Below are positions 50,551 through 64,000 of a stretch of DNA of 64,000 nt, piece by piece; the stretch's first letter is position 1, and each line of letters starts with the position of its first letter. The DNA is taken from NCBI GenBank assembly GCA_965153285.1, contig OZ229111.1; one strand, 5' to 3'. The notes under the pieces were generated by a model. The model worked only from the letters and a program-made list of their open reading frames with translations. It did no database searches and had not been told where the DNA came from. The position numbers and the translations under genes were made by a program. The stretch comes from Podarcis tiliguerta (Eukaryota).

Positions 50551-52529
50551 GGTGGTAAGTCTAGTCATGGTTTTTTGCATTTCTCTAGTTACAGTTTGTA
50601 TGCTAGAAGATCATACAAATACATGATCCAGCAAAGGAGACAGATACAGACACAAAACCAATATGTAAGTTTCTCTAGAGCTAGGACAAAATGTCACTTA
50701 AGTTTGGAATACTGTTAACCCTGAGAAACAGGATTGCCAGAGAGGTTCTTGTAGTTAATTTAGAATGAAACGTTACGTCTGGTGCTTATTATTATTTATT
50801 TCTTTGAATTACCTCTTGCTTACTGCAGAGTAGACTCTAGTTATAATGCATGAATGAGCCCAAGGCTATTGATAAAATGTCTGATCAGGCAAAGGCTTTT
50901 GATGTGTCCTCCCTCACCCCAAATGGAACTGCTTAACTGTAAGGTGTTGGCTGAAGTGATCAAGGGATAGCACTATGTTTTTTTATGTACTAGGCACAAT
51001 AAGCATATTTTTTAATGCTGCAAGCACAATCCATAAAACAGAACTGTGACAGCAATCAGGTGTTGGAAAAATTTAGCAGATGCATGGCATTTGTTGAACA
51101 TGATTACAATAGAGATAGCAGAAAGCCAAAGATGGCTACAGAATCTTCTAGTGCTTGTAAATAGTCATTCTGTAGGAATCTGTGAAAGTGTTTTGACCTG
51201 TCAACTTCGCTTAATATTTAGATGAGTCTTTAGCTCATTGACTGTTCCCTTCCTCAACTGATAATTTCCAGGCAGAGTTTAGGGAAGATCACACATTTGT
51301 CTTCTTAATCCTGAAAAGGACTATTTTTAGTTTCTCCACTGCAAACCAGAAGAATTACAGGAAGACTGACCAGCCTGAAGGCGGAATACTGGTCATGTTA
51401 GCCCCATTAGGGGCATAGATCTGAGTCTCGCACATGTAGCTCAGGGCTCAGACAACTGCCAGACAGGTGGCAGCTGTGAAGAACACACGGCCGCAAGCTG
51501 TGGCATGCTAGGAAGTGCCAAATATGCACCCAACCACACTTTTTATTTAATGGTCAAAACTTACTGTGAGTATGATGAGACTGGCAGTATGTACATCCAC
51601 TTTGGCTTCACAATCCCAAAGGTAGTACTTAGGGGGACTGTGGAGCATATAGCAGGTAGACCTCTTGCTATCTGAGTGTCTTCATTCGTCCCACATCCCT
51701 AAAGTTGCCATTTTAGTAGCTGCGCTCACTTCTACTCTCATTTTCAGAAAATATTTAAAATGGCAATGGGCTTCTGCATACTTGCTGCTGGCAGGCACCT
51801 TCCCTTGCTGTTCACCTGCTCCAGCTAGCAGACCAGCTACCCACTACACACAGTAGTGATGGGAGTGGTGATATGGCAGGGGTGGCACTGGCATTTGGGT
51901 GAAGATCAACCCCACAACCCTCCTCAAAAGGTAAGAAAGGAAAAAGAAATGGGATGATGATGGCCATTAGAAGATGAGAGGTAACAACCAGAAAAAGAAC
52001 AGCTGTAGCAGCATCCACTAAAAGTAAAAGTTATTGGGGGGGGGTCGTACCAGAAGTGCCAAGGTGGTAGTGCCCCCCCCCCCCAGGTATTTAATCAGGG
52101 GCCTCCTAAAATCTGGCACTGCCTCTGAGACCAAATAATGCAACTTTCATTTTTGTTCCGTTTGCTTTCCAGGCACATAGTAAGCAAGTTTCATGTCTGG
52201 CCTCTGTGGCCCAGGAAGTTGTGGCTGCAGTCTTGCTACAGAATGAAAGAAGGGAAGGCACCCGCACAGAACAAAGACCTCAAAAGGTACAGTGCTAACA
52301 ATGGAAAGGCCCAACATGTCCACAGGGCAACTGAGCGTGTTAGAACAATTCTGTGGACACTGGGTTAAGAGTCTTCTCAGATCACCTTTGAAGTCTGCTG
52401 TATTTCAAATCTTCATGTTCTTAGTTTGTTATCCCTTACTTCCAGCAGCATGAGCCTAACAATATTATGTGTACAGTCAGGAGCCTAGGAAGCTGCATTG
52501 CACCAGATATTTGTTTTTCTAGCCCAGTA

Positions 52530-52757
52530 CAGTAATACCTCCGCAAACGTCCACCTCGTCTAGCGTCCAATCTGGCGAACGTCCACGGCAAACCCAGAAG
52601 TACTGGAACAGGTTACTTCCGGGTTTGCTGCTCGTGCATGCGCAGAAGCGCAAACTGCTCCCCGCACATGTGCAGACATGGCGCTTTGCCCTGCGTCCTT
52701 TTCGGCTAGCGGCCAGGGCTCCAGAAAAGATCCCTGCCACAAAACAAGGTACGACTG
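52530..52757. mobile_element. Tigger-like MITE, third family, CpG-rich
   Basis: TA|CAGTAATACCT...AGGTACGACTG|TA; GCATGCGCAGAAGC internal motif. Confidence 0.75.
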
Positions 52758-54416
52758 TACTGTCTGCTCTTAACTGGTAGCAGTTTTCTGGGGGCTTAGA
52801 CAGGGGTCATTCCCATCACTTGCTATCTGATTTTTTAATTTGTATAGTGAGGGCCTGTCTAAATAAGGCAGTTTTCAGAAGATGTCTAAAGGAAGTCAGG
52901 GAGTATTCCTGCTGAACCTCTACTGGTAGGTATTTCCATAGAACAGGGCCTGCCATACCAAAGGCTCAGCCCCCAGTGAAGTCCAGCCATATGACAGGTG
53001 ACCACCAGAAGTTTCCCATCAGCAGATATCAGGGCTTGTTCACACTTCTGCTTATCCCATGTATAGAAAGCATTGGTCCGAGAGGTTTTTCATTTGCCCC
53101 GTGCTTTCTAGACATGGTTGAGCTCTAAGTGATAAAGGTGAAGCATAAGGAGTCAGGTGGAACTTTAAGGAGCCTTGGCGCTGAGACTCTTAATACTGGT
53201 CACCTGCCCTGCAACTTCTAACAGCCCCATGCTTCTCTTTGAACCACAAGAGCCAGCTTGGGGACATTCAAAGAGCAGTATAGGGCTGTTTGCAAAAGGG
53301 CTTTTAAACAGCCCAGCGCTTTGAAGTCCAAGGGGTTTCAAAGCACAGCAGATCTGTCAGATTTGGTCCTCCAGGGCTGGGGAGATAAGGATCTAGAAAA
53401 AGTTTCCCACTACCATCAGATGTACTGTGATGGGTAGTAGATTTTGGGTGGCATTGAATGGAGACAAGATGTCAATTACTGAATGTACTGAAAATCTTTT
53501 GCAGTGTGGGAGGAGGACATTGCAAATGAAAGGGTTTGTTTGCTCCTTCTACCCACCCTCTTTGGTTCCAGGAAGCTGGGGCCACCCCTTTGAACACTGG
53601 GCCTGCCATGTGAAGAGCTGCCATGTGAAGTTGGAAGGAAACTGAGCTGGGAGCATATGAATGGGAGGGATGCCTAATGGCACACAATCTCCTCCCAGGC
53701 CAATTCCCTCTCCCTCTGTAATGCCATAATCTGCTGTGCGTGTTGCTGCTACAGCTAAATGGACCACTGGAAGGCAAACAGACTGGAAAGATGGACCTCT
53801 GAGGCCAGTTCATAAATCCTTGCTGTCTGCCTTTCAGTCACTCCGCATTTGAGAGTTTAGAGTTAGAGGTTTCACAATCAATCAGTGGTGGAAAAGACTG
53901 GCTGATAACACCACAGCTCTGCCAGCCTTGCTGTGATTTTCCTAATAACGGTTTCTGGAGAGATGGGGAATTTTAGGCTGTACTTTTCCCCAAATGCAGG
54001 ATTTATCTTACCTGCCCACTCAGCTCTCTGATGACACATCTCCTACCAGTGACGTGGTTCTGCTGCGCTTACCCATGAACATTATTTGGTAGATAACAGA
54101 TTTGATGCAATAGCTACAGCACACTGTCCAGGAAGTATAATACAAGACACCAAAGCATGTTTACTAACCAAGCTTTCAGCTGCAAAGCATGAAACTGAAA
54201 ATATAATCTCTCTCCACCTAAGCTCTGAGAGTCATGAGTGTGACAGAGAACCAAAGCAAAATCAAATTTAATACTTCAGCACGGGCTTCCTTGCCTACTT
54301 ATTTTCACTCCGTGAATGCTTGGCAGTTAGGGTTTTTATATGAATTCACAGGAGTTACTCCCATTAATGGACCCAGCAAATAAATAGTGTATAGGTTCCA
54401 ACAATCATCTTTCAGG

Positions 54417-54444
54417 CACGCACACACACACACACACACACACA
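54417..54444. repeat. (CA)n microsatellite
   Basis: About 12 CA units. Confidence 0.9.
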
Positions 54445-55694
54445 AATGCCCCAAACCTACTAGTAAGCATTTGAAAGAACCTAGACATATATGTATGTAC
54501 ACGCTACATTCTTACTAAAGGTATTAGTCCTAACCCTATTTACCTAGCAATAAGGTCCACTGAATTCAATAGGACTTACTTCTGAGCAAATTGGTCAGGA
54601 TTACAGCATTACAGGCAAGCATCTTTGACAAAATAAAAATAAAGTGTTTTTCTGGTACGGCTCCAGGAAAAAAATGTGATCCTGTAGCTAACTTTAGTAT
54701 TCTGTGATTTTTGTTCAGTTTTATATATTTTAAAACCGAAAAGCCAATGCAGGTAAGTGATTTAAGTTTTGTAATGCAGCTACATCTAGGGGTGGAACAG
54801 GGCAATGCAGTGACAGCTGGATTTTTTTATAATTTATTTTGTCTGGATACCAAGATGAGTTTCTGGCTACTTTTGAGACTTCTTATGCAACTGGACAAAA
54901 ATATGAAACCCTTTATGTTTATTCTTGGAGATCCATTAGTTTTAATAAAGTTATGTACCAGGGAGAGATCTGTAATGATAAAACTTTCAATCACGTCAGG
55001 AATGTTTTGCAGATATCCCTGTTGTAGTTGGAATGCAGGATTCTGCTCTCTCGCAACATATTTATGAAGAGTTTTAAACAAACAGAAGATTAAAGGGTAA
55101 ATCAAGCAGACTGCATTCTTAGTTTACTGAGGCTTGAATTCCATTCACAATTTGAAAGGGAATAGATTATGCAGACAGATAACTCTCAGAAATGTTCAAG
55201 TTCGTTACCTCTAATGCTCATATATGATCTTCTTCAGCTATTGGGGGTTATATTTAGAAGCTATACTCCCAAAATAGGGATGGACATCATCAAAGCCTGA
55301 TATCAAACTTATTTGCAGATGTTTTCTAATTTATATCTCAGAAATGCAGGTTTTTGTGTGTGTTTTTGCCAGTTCCACTAAAAATACAATCTTCACATAT
55401 TGTATGTATTATTATAGGTGTACTATTATTATAGGTGTACTATTATAGGTGTACTATTACATGTAGTTCACATGTAGGTGAACTACATGTGCGCAGTTCA
55501 GGCTTCTAAAAGTAACCAGCGCATAAAAAGATAGTGTTATATGCATTGTGTTATACATAAAAATACTTACACATTAATACTGTTGCATGCCACCCCCACT
55601 CTCCCGAGTGGTGCAAAATTGCTGGGGTCCCAGCACTTTCCCAGGGTTTGTGTTTCCTTTGGAATGAGGCACACCAGAGAATGTGGTATCTTTG

Positions 55695-55820
55695 TAGACA
55701 GCTCAGTTGGCAAAGCACACAACTCTTAATGTCAGGGTCACGATTCCTGCATTGCAGGGGTTTGGACTAGAAATAGGTGACCCTCAAGGTCCTTCCAACT
55801 ATGCAATTCTATTATTCTAT
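55695..55820 (+). mobile_element. tRNA-derived SINE with CR1-like tail, internally deleted
   Basis: CAGCTCAGTTGG head; ATTCCTGCATTGCAGGGGTTTGGACTAGA...GGTCCTTCCAACTATGCAATTCTAT tail, as in the 29742 copy. Confidence 0.7.
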
Positions 55821-58222
55821 TTACACATATATACCATCTGAGCCTACAAGTGAGGGCATCACAGCAACAACACCCCAATAGGGTCTCCCATAGCTGCAGC
55901 CTTGAATTCAAACAGAAACCAAGCATCACTTTGTCTCTCTGCCGTCTCAGCCAGCTGCTTCCAGCTTCTAGCTCACGTCACTCAACTCTCAACTCTGGCC
56001 TTTGTCTTTCTAACTACCAGTGAGCTGAGGAACCTGAGCATCAACATGGCTTCTTAAAATGTAAGTTCTCTCTCACTAACCTTTTTGAGTTCTTAAGTGT
56101 GTCAATAGGTATGTCAATAGGCATAATGTGGTAGACCTGGGAAGCATTGTATTTGAAGATATAAAAAGGCTCTTTCCGGGTAGAAGGACAGTACCTAATA
56201 AATCTGTATCTATTTATTGCTGTGCAGATAAACATGAAATTCCTGTGAAGATTGGAGAGACATCAGTCTAAACATAACTGTAAATGTGTACCAAGTGTTC
56301 AGGTAAGCATCTTTTTAGTCTCTCTCAGTTTGGTCAGTGTGTCCATCCACTGCAATCAGTGGTTAAGAGTGTAGATTTCTAGCCCTTAATTTTTGTCAGC
56401 TTGTTGTCAGTTCAGCCTATCAAAGCCGGATGTGAGAGCTACCACATCCCCGGAATCTTCCCTCTTTGGCAGAAATGTTAAGACTCTGAATTCTAAGTTA
56501 ATTTTAGCCTTCAACCCAGAATTGAGAAACCATCAAGCAGTTGCACACCATATGTACCAAATGATTATCTGAATAGACCCATCCTCACCATGTCCTTTGC
56601 ATGTTGTCTCATCAACACCCAGTGGGTCTGGAAAACTAATTGCTGTTGTATAGCCTCACAGTGTCTGGAACATATTTTGGCTTTAAGAGTTGATTTCCAC
56701 TGAACTTGTAAATATAGGTTGATCTAGTTCTTTATTCCTCAACACAGTGTCAGCCCAACAGGCCTGTACAGTACAGGAAATCTGCTGGCTTTAGGAGTGA
56801 CTCAACAAATTCCATCAGAAATGTGCAAAGTTGTTTCATATGTGCAGGTGCACAAATCTTGCAAACCGAGTGATTTAATCTGCCAGTAGATTTGTAGCAG
56901 AATATATGCAGCTTAAAGATCCTCAACAGTTAGGAACTAACAGAATTGATTCACTCTAATTGATTCACTCTCTCGTCTCATTCGAATTGATGGAACTCTT
57001 GATTCAAAGCTCCCGCACTAGTTGCGCCGGGGGAGGGGGGGGGGGAGTCCTCAGGTAAGTAGAGACCAAAAGTCAGTAGCTATTAAAGTTCTAAATCTTT
57101 AGAACTTGATGATTACTTTCAAAGCCTTAAACAGAACTGTCTTCACCTATATGTTCAGCTCTGTACTAGAGGACCCAATGAGATGCCCAGCAGGAAAATC
57201 TATTTGGGTGCTTGGTCCATGAAAGGGGGTCATCTTTGTGATGGCTCCTTTCTGATAGAATTCCATCCTGGGGAAAAGTTAGGCCGACACTCTCGATGAT
57301 CTTCTTTAAATAAGCTTTGAAAATATCCTTTCATAATGGTTCCTGGAGTTCAAATTGGTATTGCAGGCAATGGGAGCTATTCTCCAAGGCCAATTTTATT
57401 GTTTAAATGTAATGAGGTTAATATTGTTGCATTAACTCTTTTAATTATTTAATTTTATGGACTGCATCCCACTTTGTCCCTCTATCCAGCTCTACTATTT
57501 CCCATTGGATGCAAACCCTCTTTCTATCTGCTGGTGTGATCTCCGCTGCTAGGAGCCAGTGCAAAGCCTTAAACTGGATGTCCTGAGGGAGTTGGGGCAA
57601 TATGACTGCTGCCCGATTGTCCTGCCCCACACCTTCTGCTGTAGTTGCCATAAGAAGCAGGGCTGAAGGTGTGGCTCTGCAAGCCCTGTTAGGAAGTTGT
57701 AATTTGAGAATGAATGCTTCTCATTCTCAAAATTGCAGTGGGGTGAAGGTCTTCTAAATATGAATGCATGCACCAAGAAAATAAAATCCATGGAAGTGAG
57801 AGATTTTCAGGGTGCTGAATTCTGTGCTTCCAAATAACACACAACCTTGTACGGCCTTTCCTCTTGCATTTCATATCCATTCACTCAGAGACATTAATTA
57901 ATGCACAAAACACAGCTTTCAGCAAAATGCAGGGAGATAAGCTCTCTAGAGATGCACGAAACAGAAGAAATAAGATTAGATTCCAGCCATTTGCTGAACA
58001 GGAAATGTGTTCATATCCAATTACTACTAAACGGCTGGATCTTTTACTTCAACCTTGATTATATAACCTTCCTGTGTCAATAAATAACTCCACATAACTG
58101 CCAATCTTATTTATGCAAATACCCAGAATGCTCGCATAATCTGGTATCTCAAGGCTACTGAGACAAAAGATGATGCACTGCTCTGTAATTTCCATCTTCA
58201 GGGTTTACGATATTCGGAGTTT

Positions 58223-58228
58223 TTTATT
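58223..58228 (-). terminator. Candidate FBXO38 polyadenylation signal
   Basis: AATAAA on the minus strand about 830 nt downstream of the stop codon; T-rich element further downstream. ATTAAA variants closer to the stop also exist. Confidence 0.4.
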
Positions 58229-59053
58229 CACAGAATAGCATATCAACAATGGGATTGGAAGGTGAGTGCCCTCTCTTTTCTTGCCATTCTATACAATAAA
58301 AACCTAGCCAATATTTTTTTATCAAGTGTATTTGCATCTTTTTAGAAAGGCAGTGTATCCTGGAGGAGGAAACTGCAACAGAAACCATTTTTTAATGCAT
58401 TGCTTTATCTTGCACTCTGGCCCACAAACTTTCTGAAATAAGATAAAGTTCTCAGTTTGTGTGTCTGCGTTTAATCTGACTGTTTTCTTTAGGTCATGCC
58501 CTGCCCACTTCTGTCACTCTTTAACTGGCTTAGCGCCGCTGATTTAGTTCCCAGTGAAAAATGCATGCGACTCAAAGACTGTTCAACAGATTTACTCAGA
58601 ATGGATTCTTAAGGATACTCAAGAGGAAAAAAAGGCACAGATTAAAAGAATCCTGTGACTCCCAAACGTAGCATATGGAAAGTTGCCCATGGCAAACAAA
58701 AAATACTGCTATGAATAAAATGAGCTAAAAAAAATTCAAACTTTTCTCCCTTGCCATAATTAGTTGCCTTCATTAAAATGGAACTTTAAATTACATTTCT
58801 TAATATAAACATATGAAATAAAGTCAACTTCAGCAAGATTTTTTTTTCTACGTAGAGTCCTCAGTGTACAATGCAACTTCTCATTATACATTTGCTACAA
58901 ACTCTGTCCCAGTAGGCATTGGGGCAACTGTGAAGCACACAAGTTCCAAGACCTCTCAGTGCACTAAGGTAAGTGGAAGGAATCCACTTGCTTTCTTTGC
59001 CGGCGACATCAGTCCAAAGGAAGGAAGGGCTAGTAGGCTGCAGCCTGATCCCG

Positions 59054-59275
<222 letters not shown>

Positions 59276-60357
59276 TTAACCATGGAATTTATACTCGCTT
59301 TTAAATAGCAAGGAGTATTTTCTCAGCCATAAGCATCAAACATTCAAACTGAAGTGTAAGCAATACAAAGAAATGGGGGGGGGGGGGGAATATGTAGCTA
59401 TTCCATTCAGCCTAATAGTGCACAGAGGTCACCATCTTTTTGGAGAAAACTGGAAAAAGCATTGTGGACACCAGAGCCTCTTCTGCTGGGTACAACAGAG
59501 TGCTTCTTTCGAGCCAAGTTTCGGTGGGGAAGGGGAGAGAGGGAACCTTGCTGCCATGAACACCATGCTGGTGACCCTGGTCCACAACATCGACTTTAAC
59601 ATAAACTTTCCCCTCATTTGAAGCAACTGCTGTCAACAGGGCATTTGTGACTGTCCTCTCTTTTCACCCAAGCACACTCTGCGACACTTTTTAACCTGCT
59701 TTCTCGCATGGCTGAGTTTCATTGTTTTAGTGTTGTTTGCCACAGAATTGGAGAACAATAAGAACTAGAAAGGACCTCGAGGTCGTCTAACCTCGTCAGT
59801 CCTCCTTGCATGTTTTCTGCCTAGCTGGAATGTGTCCTTGAGCTCTAATTGACTCTTGCTTGCATGGATGGAGCACAGGGAACAGTATGTATAAAACAAG
59901 TCTACTGTACAATGATAAGATTTACATTAACTATTCTGTCCACTTTGGCCCCACCCACCACTGGTATGTGGCCCATGGAAGGTTGCCTAGAAATATGGCC
60001 CTCCATATGAAAAAGGTTCCCCACCCTTGCCGTATATAACCTTACCTCAGCAGTTAGGAAATATCCTTCTAAATAAAATTGTCTTCACCTGATGCTGACA
60101 ACTTGCCTTCCATACCTTAGTGCATTCCAGAGCCTGCCGTGAGCCCTAGCAGAATGTAACTGCTGACTTGCTGGAATACAGAGCAAAGCTTCACTCCCGA
60201 ATCTGAATGAATAAGGAACTCAAGGCCTTCTCTCAGAAAGCCACTAATTTCAATGAAGCTTTACTGCATGTCAAAGGTGGGCACTGCTTTGGGTATGTTT
60301 TGAGCAGATGGGCAGCACAAATGTTCTACATCAGTAAAGATATTTGCATTCACTTAC

Positions 60358-60471
60358 TTTTTTCATCATCCTCAAAGTCATATCTGGCATAGCCATTAGG
60401 CTCAGCTGTTCTGAGTGACCTCAACCAGGGGAAATCCGTTATCATAGAGTACGGGGCGCCATCCACAACAC
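60358..60471 (-). CDS. FBXO38: FBXO38 penultimate coding exon (114 nt, phase 1-1)
   Basis: TAG|GTGTTGTG...GAAAAAA|GTAAGT; (G)[37 protein letters not shown]; joins both neighbouring exons in frame. Confidence 0.93.
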
Positions 60472-61226
60472 CTATGGCAAAGGCAATTGGAAAGAAGGTA
60501 AGGACATTTTCATGCTGTTTCGTCAGCTGTAATCCCCTCTGTTCAACCTACAACTGCCTTTAAGGCCAGCCTAGGGAACAAGGTGTGTGCATGTATTTGA
60601 TCAGTGGTAAGATGTGTGCATTGAGGTGGACAGACTGAGTGCACCCACTGGGCCTGCCACCTCTGTACACACCTGACCATCACACATGAGATGATGTAGA
60701 AATTGGGGGGTATAACCTGCTCAAAAGGAATAGATTAAACAGGAAGGGAGGAAGAGGAGCATTATATGTAAAGGATGTGTCCACTTGTGAAGAAATCCAT
60801 TGGAGCACGGAAGGCAGATTGAGAGTATATGGGATAAACATGGTAGGAGAGAGAGCAGTCACCTTACTGCTACAGACACCCAAGGACTTGGATGGTGCCT
60901 TCCTAGAGCAGATTACCAAACATTCAAAAAGGAGAGATACAATAGCCAAAATGGAAAATAAGCAGTAGCAATTATAAGCTTTAAAACAATTGCCTATCTG
61001 GTGTATTTTTTACTTCTTCATGCAACAAATACAATGCTATCCTAGTTTATGGGGTTTTCATGCCAAAGAGTGCACAGAATTTTTGCTGTTCTGCCAATTT
61101 AGGTACTTGATTCACAGCACTGACTGAGCTGATTGTGCATCCTACTTGAGTGTAATGCAGGTTTGGATAAAGTTACTCAATCCATCTTATGTAAAAGTCT
61201 GAGTGACAGGTGCATTGTTACATATC

Positions 61227-61338
61227 TTTAGGTACCAGGCAAAAGCATTCTTCTTCTTCAAGGCCTTTGGCTAATTTAACCTTTTAGGTACCAGGCAAAA
61301 GCATTCTTCTTCTTCAAGGCCTTTGGCTAATTTAACCT
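61227..61338. repeat. Perfect 56-bp tandem duplication within an L2 3' remnant
   Basis: TTTAGGTACCAGGCAAAAGCATTCTTCTTCTTCAAGGCCTTTGGCTAATTTAACCT occurs twice. Confidence 0.95.
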
Positions 61339-61576
61339 ATGGCCTTTTAAGCTGCATCGGGGGATGTCATAGTTTTTGTTCATTATGATGTAATGCATTT
61401 TGTGTTTTTATATTGCAAACTGCCCTGTGATTCTTGCATGAAGGGTGGAATAGAAATTTAAAAATAATAAATAAATATAGTCATGGCATGGGAGACTTCA
61501 ACTACCCTGATATCTGTTGGAACTCAAAGAAGTATTTTCTTGAGAAACAGAATATAAATGTCTCTATAATGCTCAC

Positions 61577-61680
61577 CTTCTAGCGTGTACATGTCTCTCC
61601 CCCAGGGGTACTTTGTATATTTTTTCAGGTCATCTTCTGTTCGTGTGGCTTCAGGAAAGAACTCATATTTAATAAGTTCT
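61577..61680 (-). CDS. FBXO38: FBXO38 coding exon (104 nt, phase 2-1)
   Basis: TTTTCCCCCTCTAG|A...GAAG|GTGAGC; [34 protein letters not shown]. Confidence 0.93.
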
Positions 61681-63974
61681 CTAGAGGGGGAAAACAAGAA
61701 CAGCAAATATGAGTAAGCATGAAATTCTATATGAGAAATATGGAATATCTGAAACATGGAATTCTGTCTGAGAAAGAGACGTTATAATTCAGTTTTGTTT
61801 TTAACCACTTGGCTGGTCACCATAGATGACCAGGAATTTCAGTCGGGGGAGGGTACCAAAAAAGAGATTAACTCCGCCTCTGGCAGCCCACTGCATTTCT
61901 ATGCTGTGTGTGGAGGAGGGTACTTTGCATCCTCCCCACCTGTAAATCTGGGATCTATTAGGCCCAAGGAACCACTGAATTCTGAGAGCCCCACAGCAGT
62001 AAAAATCAAGCAAGACAGATGACAGCAGTGGAAAAGTCTAGGCTCAGTGTAACTTGTTTGGAAGTCTAACTGGCTGTTGACATCAAAGAGACTTATTTTG
62101 TTGATGCAGAGAGTGACTCCCCAATTGTTATTTGTTGGTAACAGGGACACTTTGGTAAGAGGCGGAAAAACGTCTGTGACATGGCGAATAACGAATTCTT
62201 TACAACCTTGGAGATGGTGGAATGTGCTTACAAAGGCATAAGAAGATGAAGAGACATTGGTGACACTTTACAGCAGAAGAACTGTGGGGCACCCATAAAA
62301 GACTGAATAATCTACAAATCCACTTGCTGACTCCGTACCCAAAATTACATAAATGATGAAGAAAGTTGACCCAATCTCTATTCAGACTGACTTCCAGAAT
62401 GCCTTACATTTCACCCCATTTCATTTATTTGTTTTTATTTCCTAGCTTTATTCCCTGCTTCCTGTCTTGCCTCCTTTTTGCTGTTCCAGTTCACAAAAAG
62501 GATATTTTATTCACCCTCTCCTCCCCTGTACCCACAGCACTGCATTGTTGGTTATGGACTTTACTCTGCAACACGGAGTTTTTCAATGCTCAGGAAACTT
62601 AGAAGGGTTTTGAAAAAACAAATACATCAATCTGAGCTGCAAGGAGTTATAGGCTTAGGATGCCTTTCAAATTGCTCTGATTGCTTTGTCAATGCCGTTA
62701 TTATGCTGGTTCATATTAAGTTCCTATCTCTGATTCTCATACTGCCTGAATTCATGTTTTGTTATTTCTGTACTGCAGACCTGCAATGTTAATTCTCTAC
62801 TGTTCCCGTGTTGAACATTTTGGATCAATAAACCATTTAATTTGCTTCTGCTACAATCTTGAGCCTCTGGTCCTTCTCGCTAGTTACACTTTACTCACTG
62901 GGGTGCAAGCGGGAACACAGATTAATACTGCCCTGTGGAGAAACCAAGCAGGATGCTGGTGGAAGCACTTCATCTCCCTCCGGCCCCAGAAAGTGACGCT
63001 CCCTCCTGAATATCCCAGCACAGAAAGCAAGAGAGCTGGTAGCAGAGGACAGAGCGTGCCTTCCTTCTGCTGCCAGTATTCTGTATTTCTTTGCTAGACA
63101 CTCAGCAGACAAACCTCCTGCACACCTAGAAAAAAAATATAGTAAGCCAGTGGCAAACGCAAAAGCCATTCTCTAACTCCTCTGCTTGGTTCCTACACTA
63201 GATGAGCAGGACACCCCCACCACATGTCCAGCATAGAAACACAGGGAGACGGCGGAGAAGGGACAAAGCAGTATGTGCTTTGCCTTTAGCATGCTTGGTT
63301 TTTATGTGTTGGGTATGCAGTAGGTGAAGCTCTTTTCTGTGTGATGGAGATAGAACCCAAATAGGCTTGTGGAGGAGGGAGGAATCACTCATTTCTAGCC
63401 TTCATAGCCTTCAGAATGTTTCCCATGCCTGCTTTTCACCCACAAGAGAGGCAGACAAAGGAGCGATAGAATGTTCTGTACATCCAAATGCAGCCCCTCC
63501 TAAGAGTAAAAAACAGGCTAGTACCTGGGGTGTGGGGGGTGTGGAGTAGCTTACAAGGCTGTGATAATATAATGAGGACAACAGTTATTGGACTTGAACC
63601 TACTCTCATTCCACTGGCTCATAAGGAAGACCCCTTATAGCTATGAGGATTAGACAGAATAAAACTTAAGATGAATCACTGCATTCACACAAGAAAAATA
63701 CAATGAATACGCCGATGTTTCAAACTACCACCAGCTTTTAAACGATTCCCAAAAAGGAATGATGTCTACATCACACTAAGCTGGGGAGGGGAACCTGCAG
63801 TTCTTGCTTGAATAAAACTCCCATAAATCTCTGGCTGTTGGTTATGTTGGCTGTGGCTGATGGAAGCTGGAATCCAACAACATCCTTGGGGTGGTGGTGG
63901 GAGAGAAGCATAGGACCTTTCTGACTCACAGATATATATTTATCCATTACAGTTCTATTCAGAGAGAGACTTAC

Positions 63975-64000
63975 TGATTAATGTTTGCTATTGTGTCCAT
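63975..64000 (-). CDS. FBXO38: FBXO38 coding exon, 3' part only (cut by the window edge)
   Basis: ATG GAC ACA ATA GCA AAC ATT AAT CA|GTAAGT = MDTIANIN(Q), in phase with the next exon (Q-ELIKYEFF). Confidence 0.88.

Noticed and set aside
54748-57060. Several consensus CAG|GTAAG donors on the + strand in the intergenic gap (about 54751, 56301, 57053)
   Set aside because: I could not pair them with convincing acceptors or a coherent reading frame.

Overview
Vertebrate (squamate, probably lacertid lizard) genomic DNA; no prokaryotic features. The window spans the convergent 3' ends of two genes, recognised from remembered mammalian protein sequences. On the + strand is the 3' part of HTR4 (serotonin receptor 4). 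Its large common coding exon is not in the window. Present are the g/f-type cassette exon (21746-21821, SGCSTISKFLLLFCNRPVPV*) and the isoform-a terminal exon (45862-45949, RYTVLYNGQPQEHDKLPIHNDPESQESCF*) with an approximately 3.3 kb 3' UTR. On the - strand are the last four coding exons of FBXO38 (64000 to 59054, ending ...[13 protein letters not shown]). The rest is intron/intergenic sequence with squamate repeats: Sauria SINE, tRNA-derived SINEs, RTE, L2, L1 and CR1 fragments, Tigger-like and hAT MITEs, microsatellites. Almost all ORFs in the six-frame track are spurious. I see no new multi-gene system. The best lead is a possible extended set of HTR4 C-terminal splice choices: a frame-preserving 21-nt microexon with an adjacent, sterically exclusive acceptor; a shifted 'e' acceptor that would make the g exon dual-coding; and a perfect 49-bp inverted repeat upstream of exon a. 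A palindromic, bidirectional poly(A) signal lies between the two genes. All of these are predictions that need RNA-seq to confirm.
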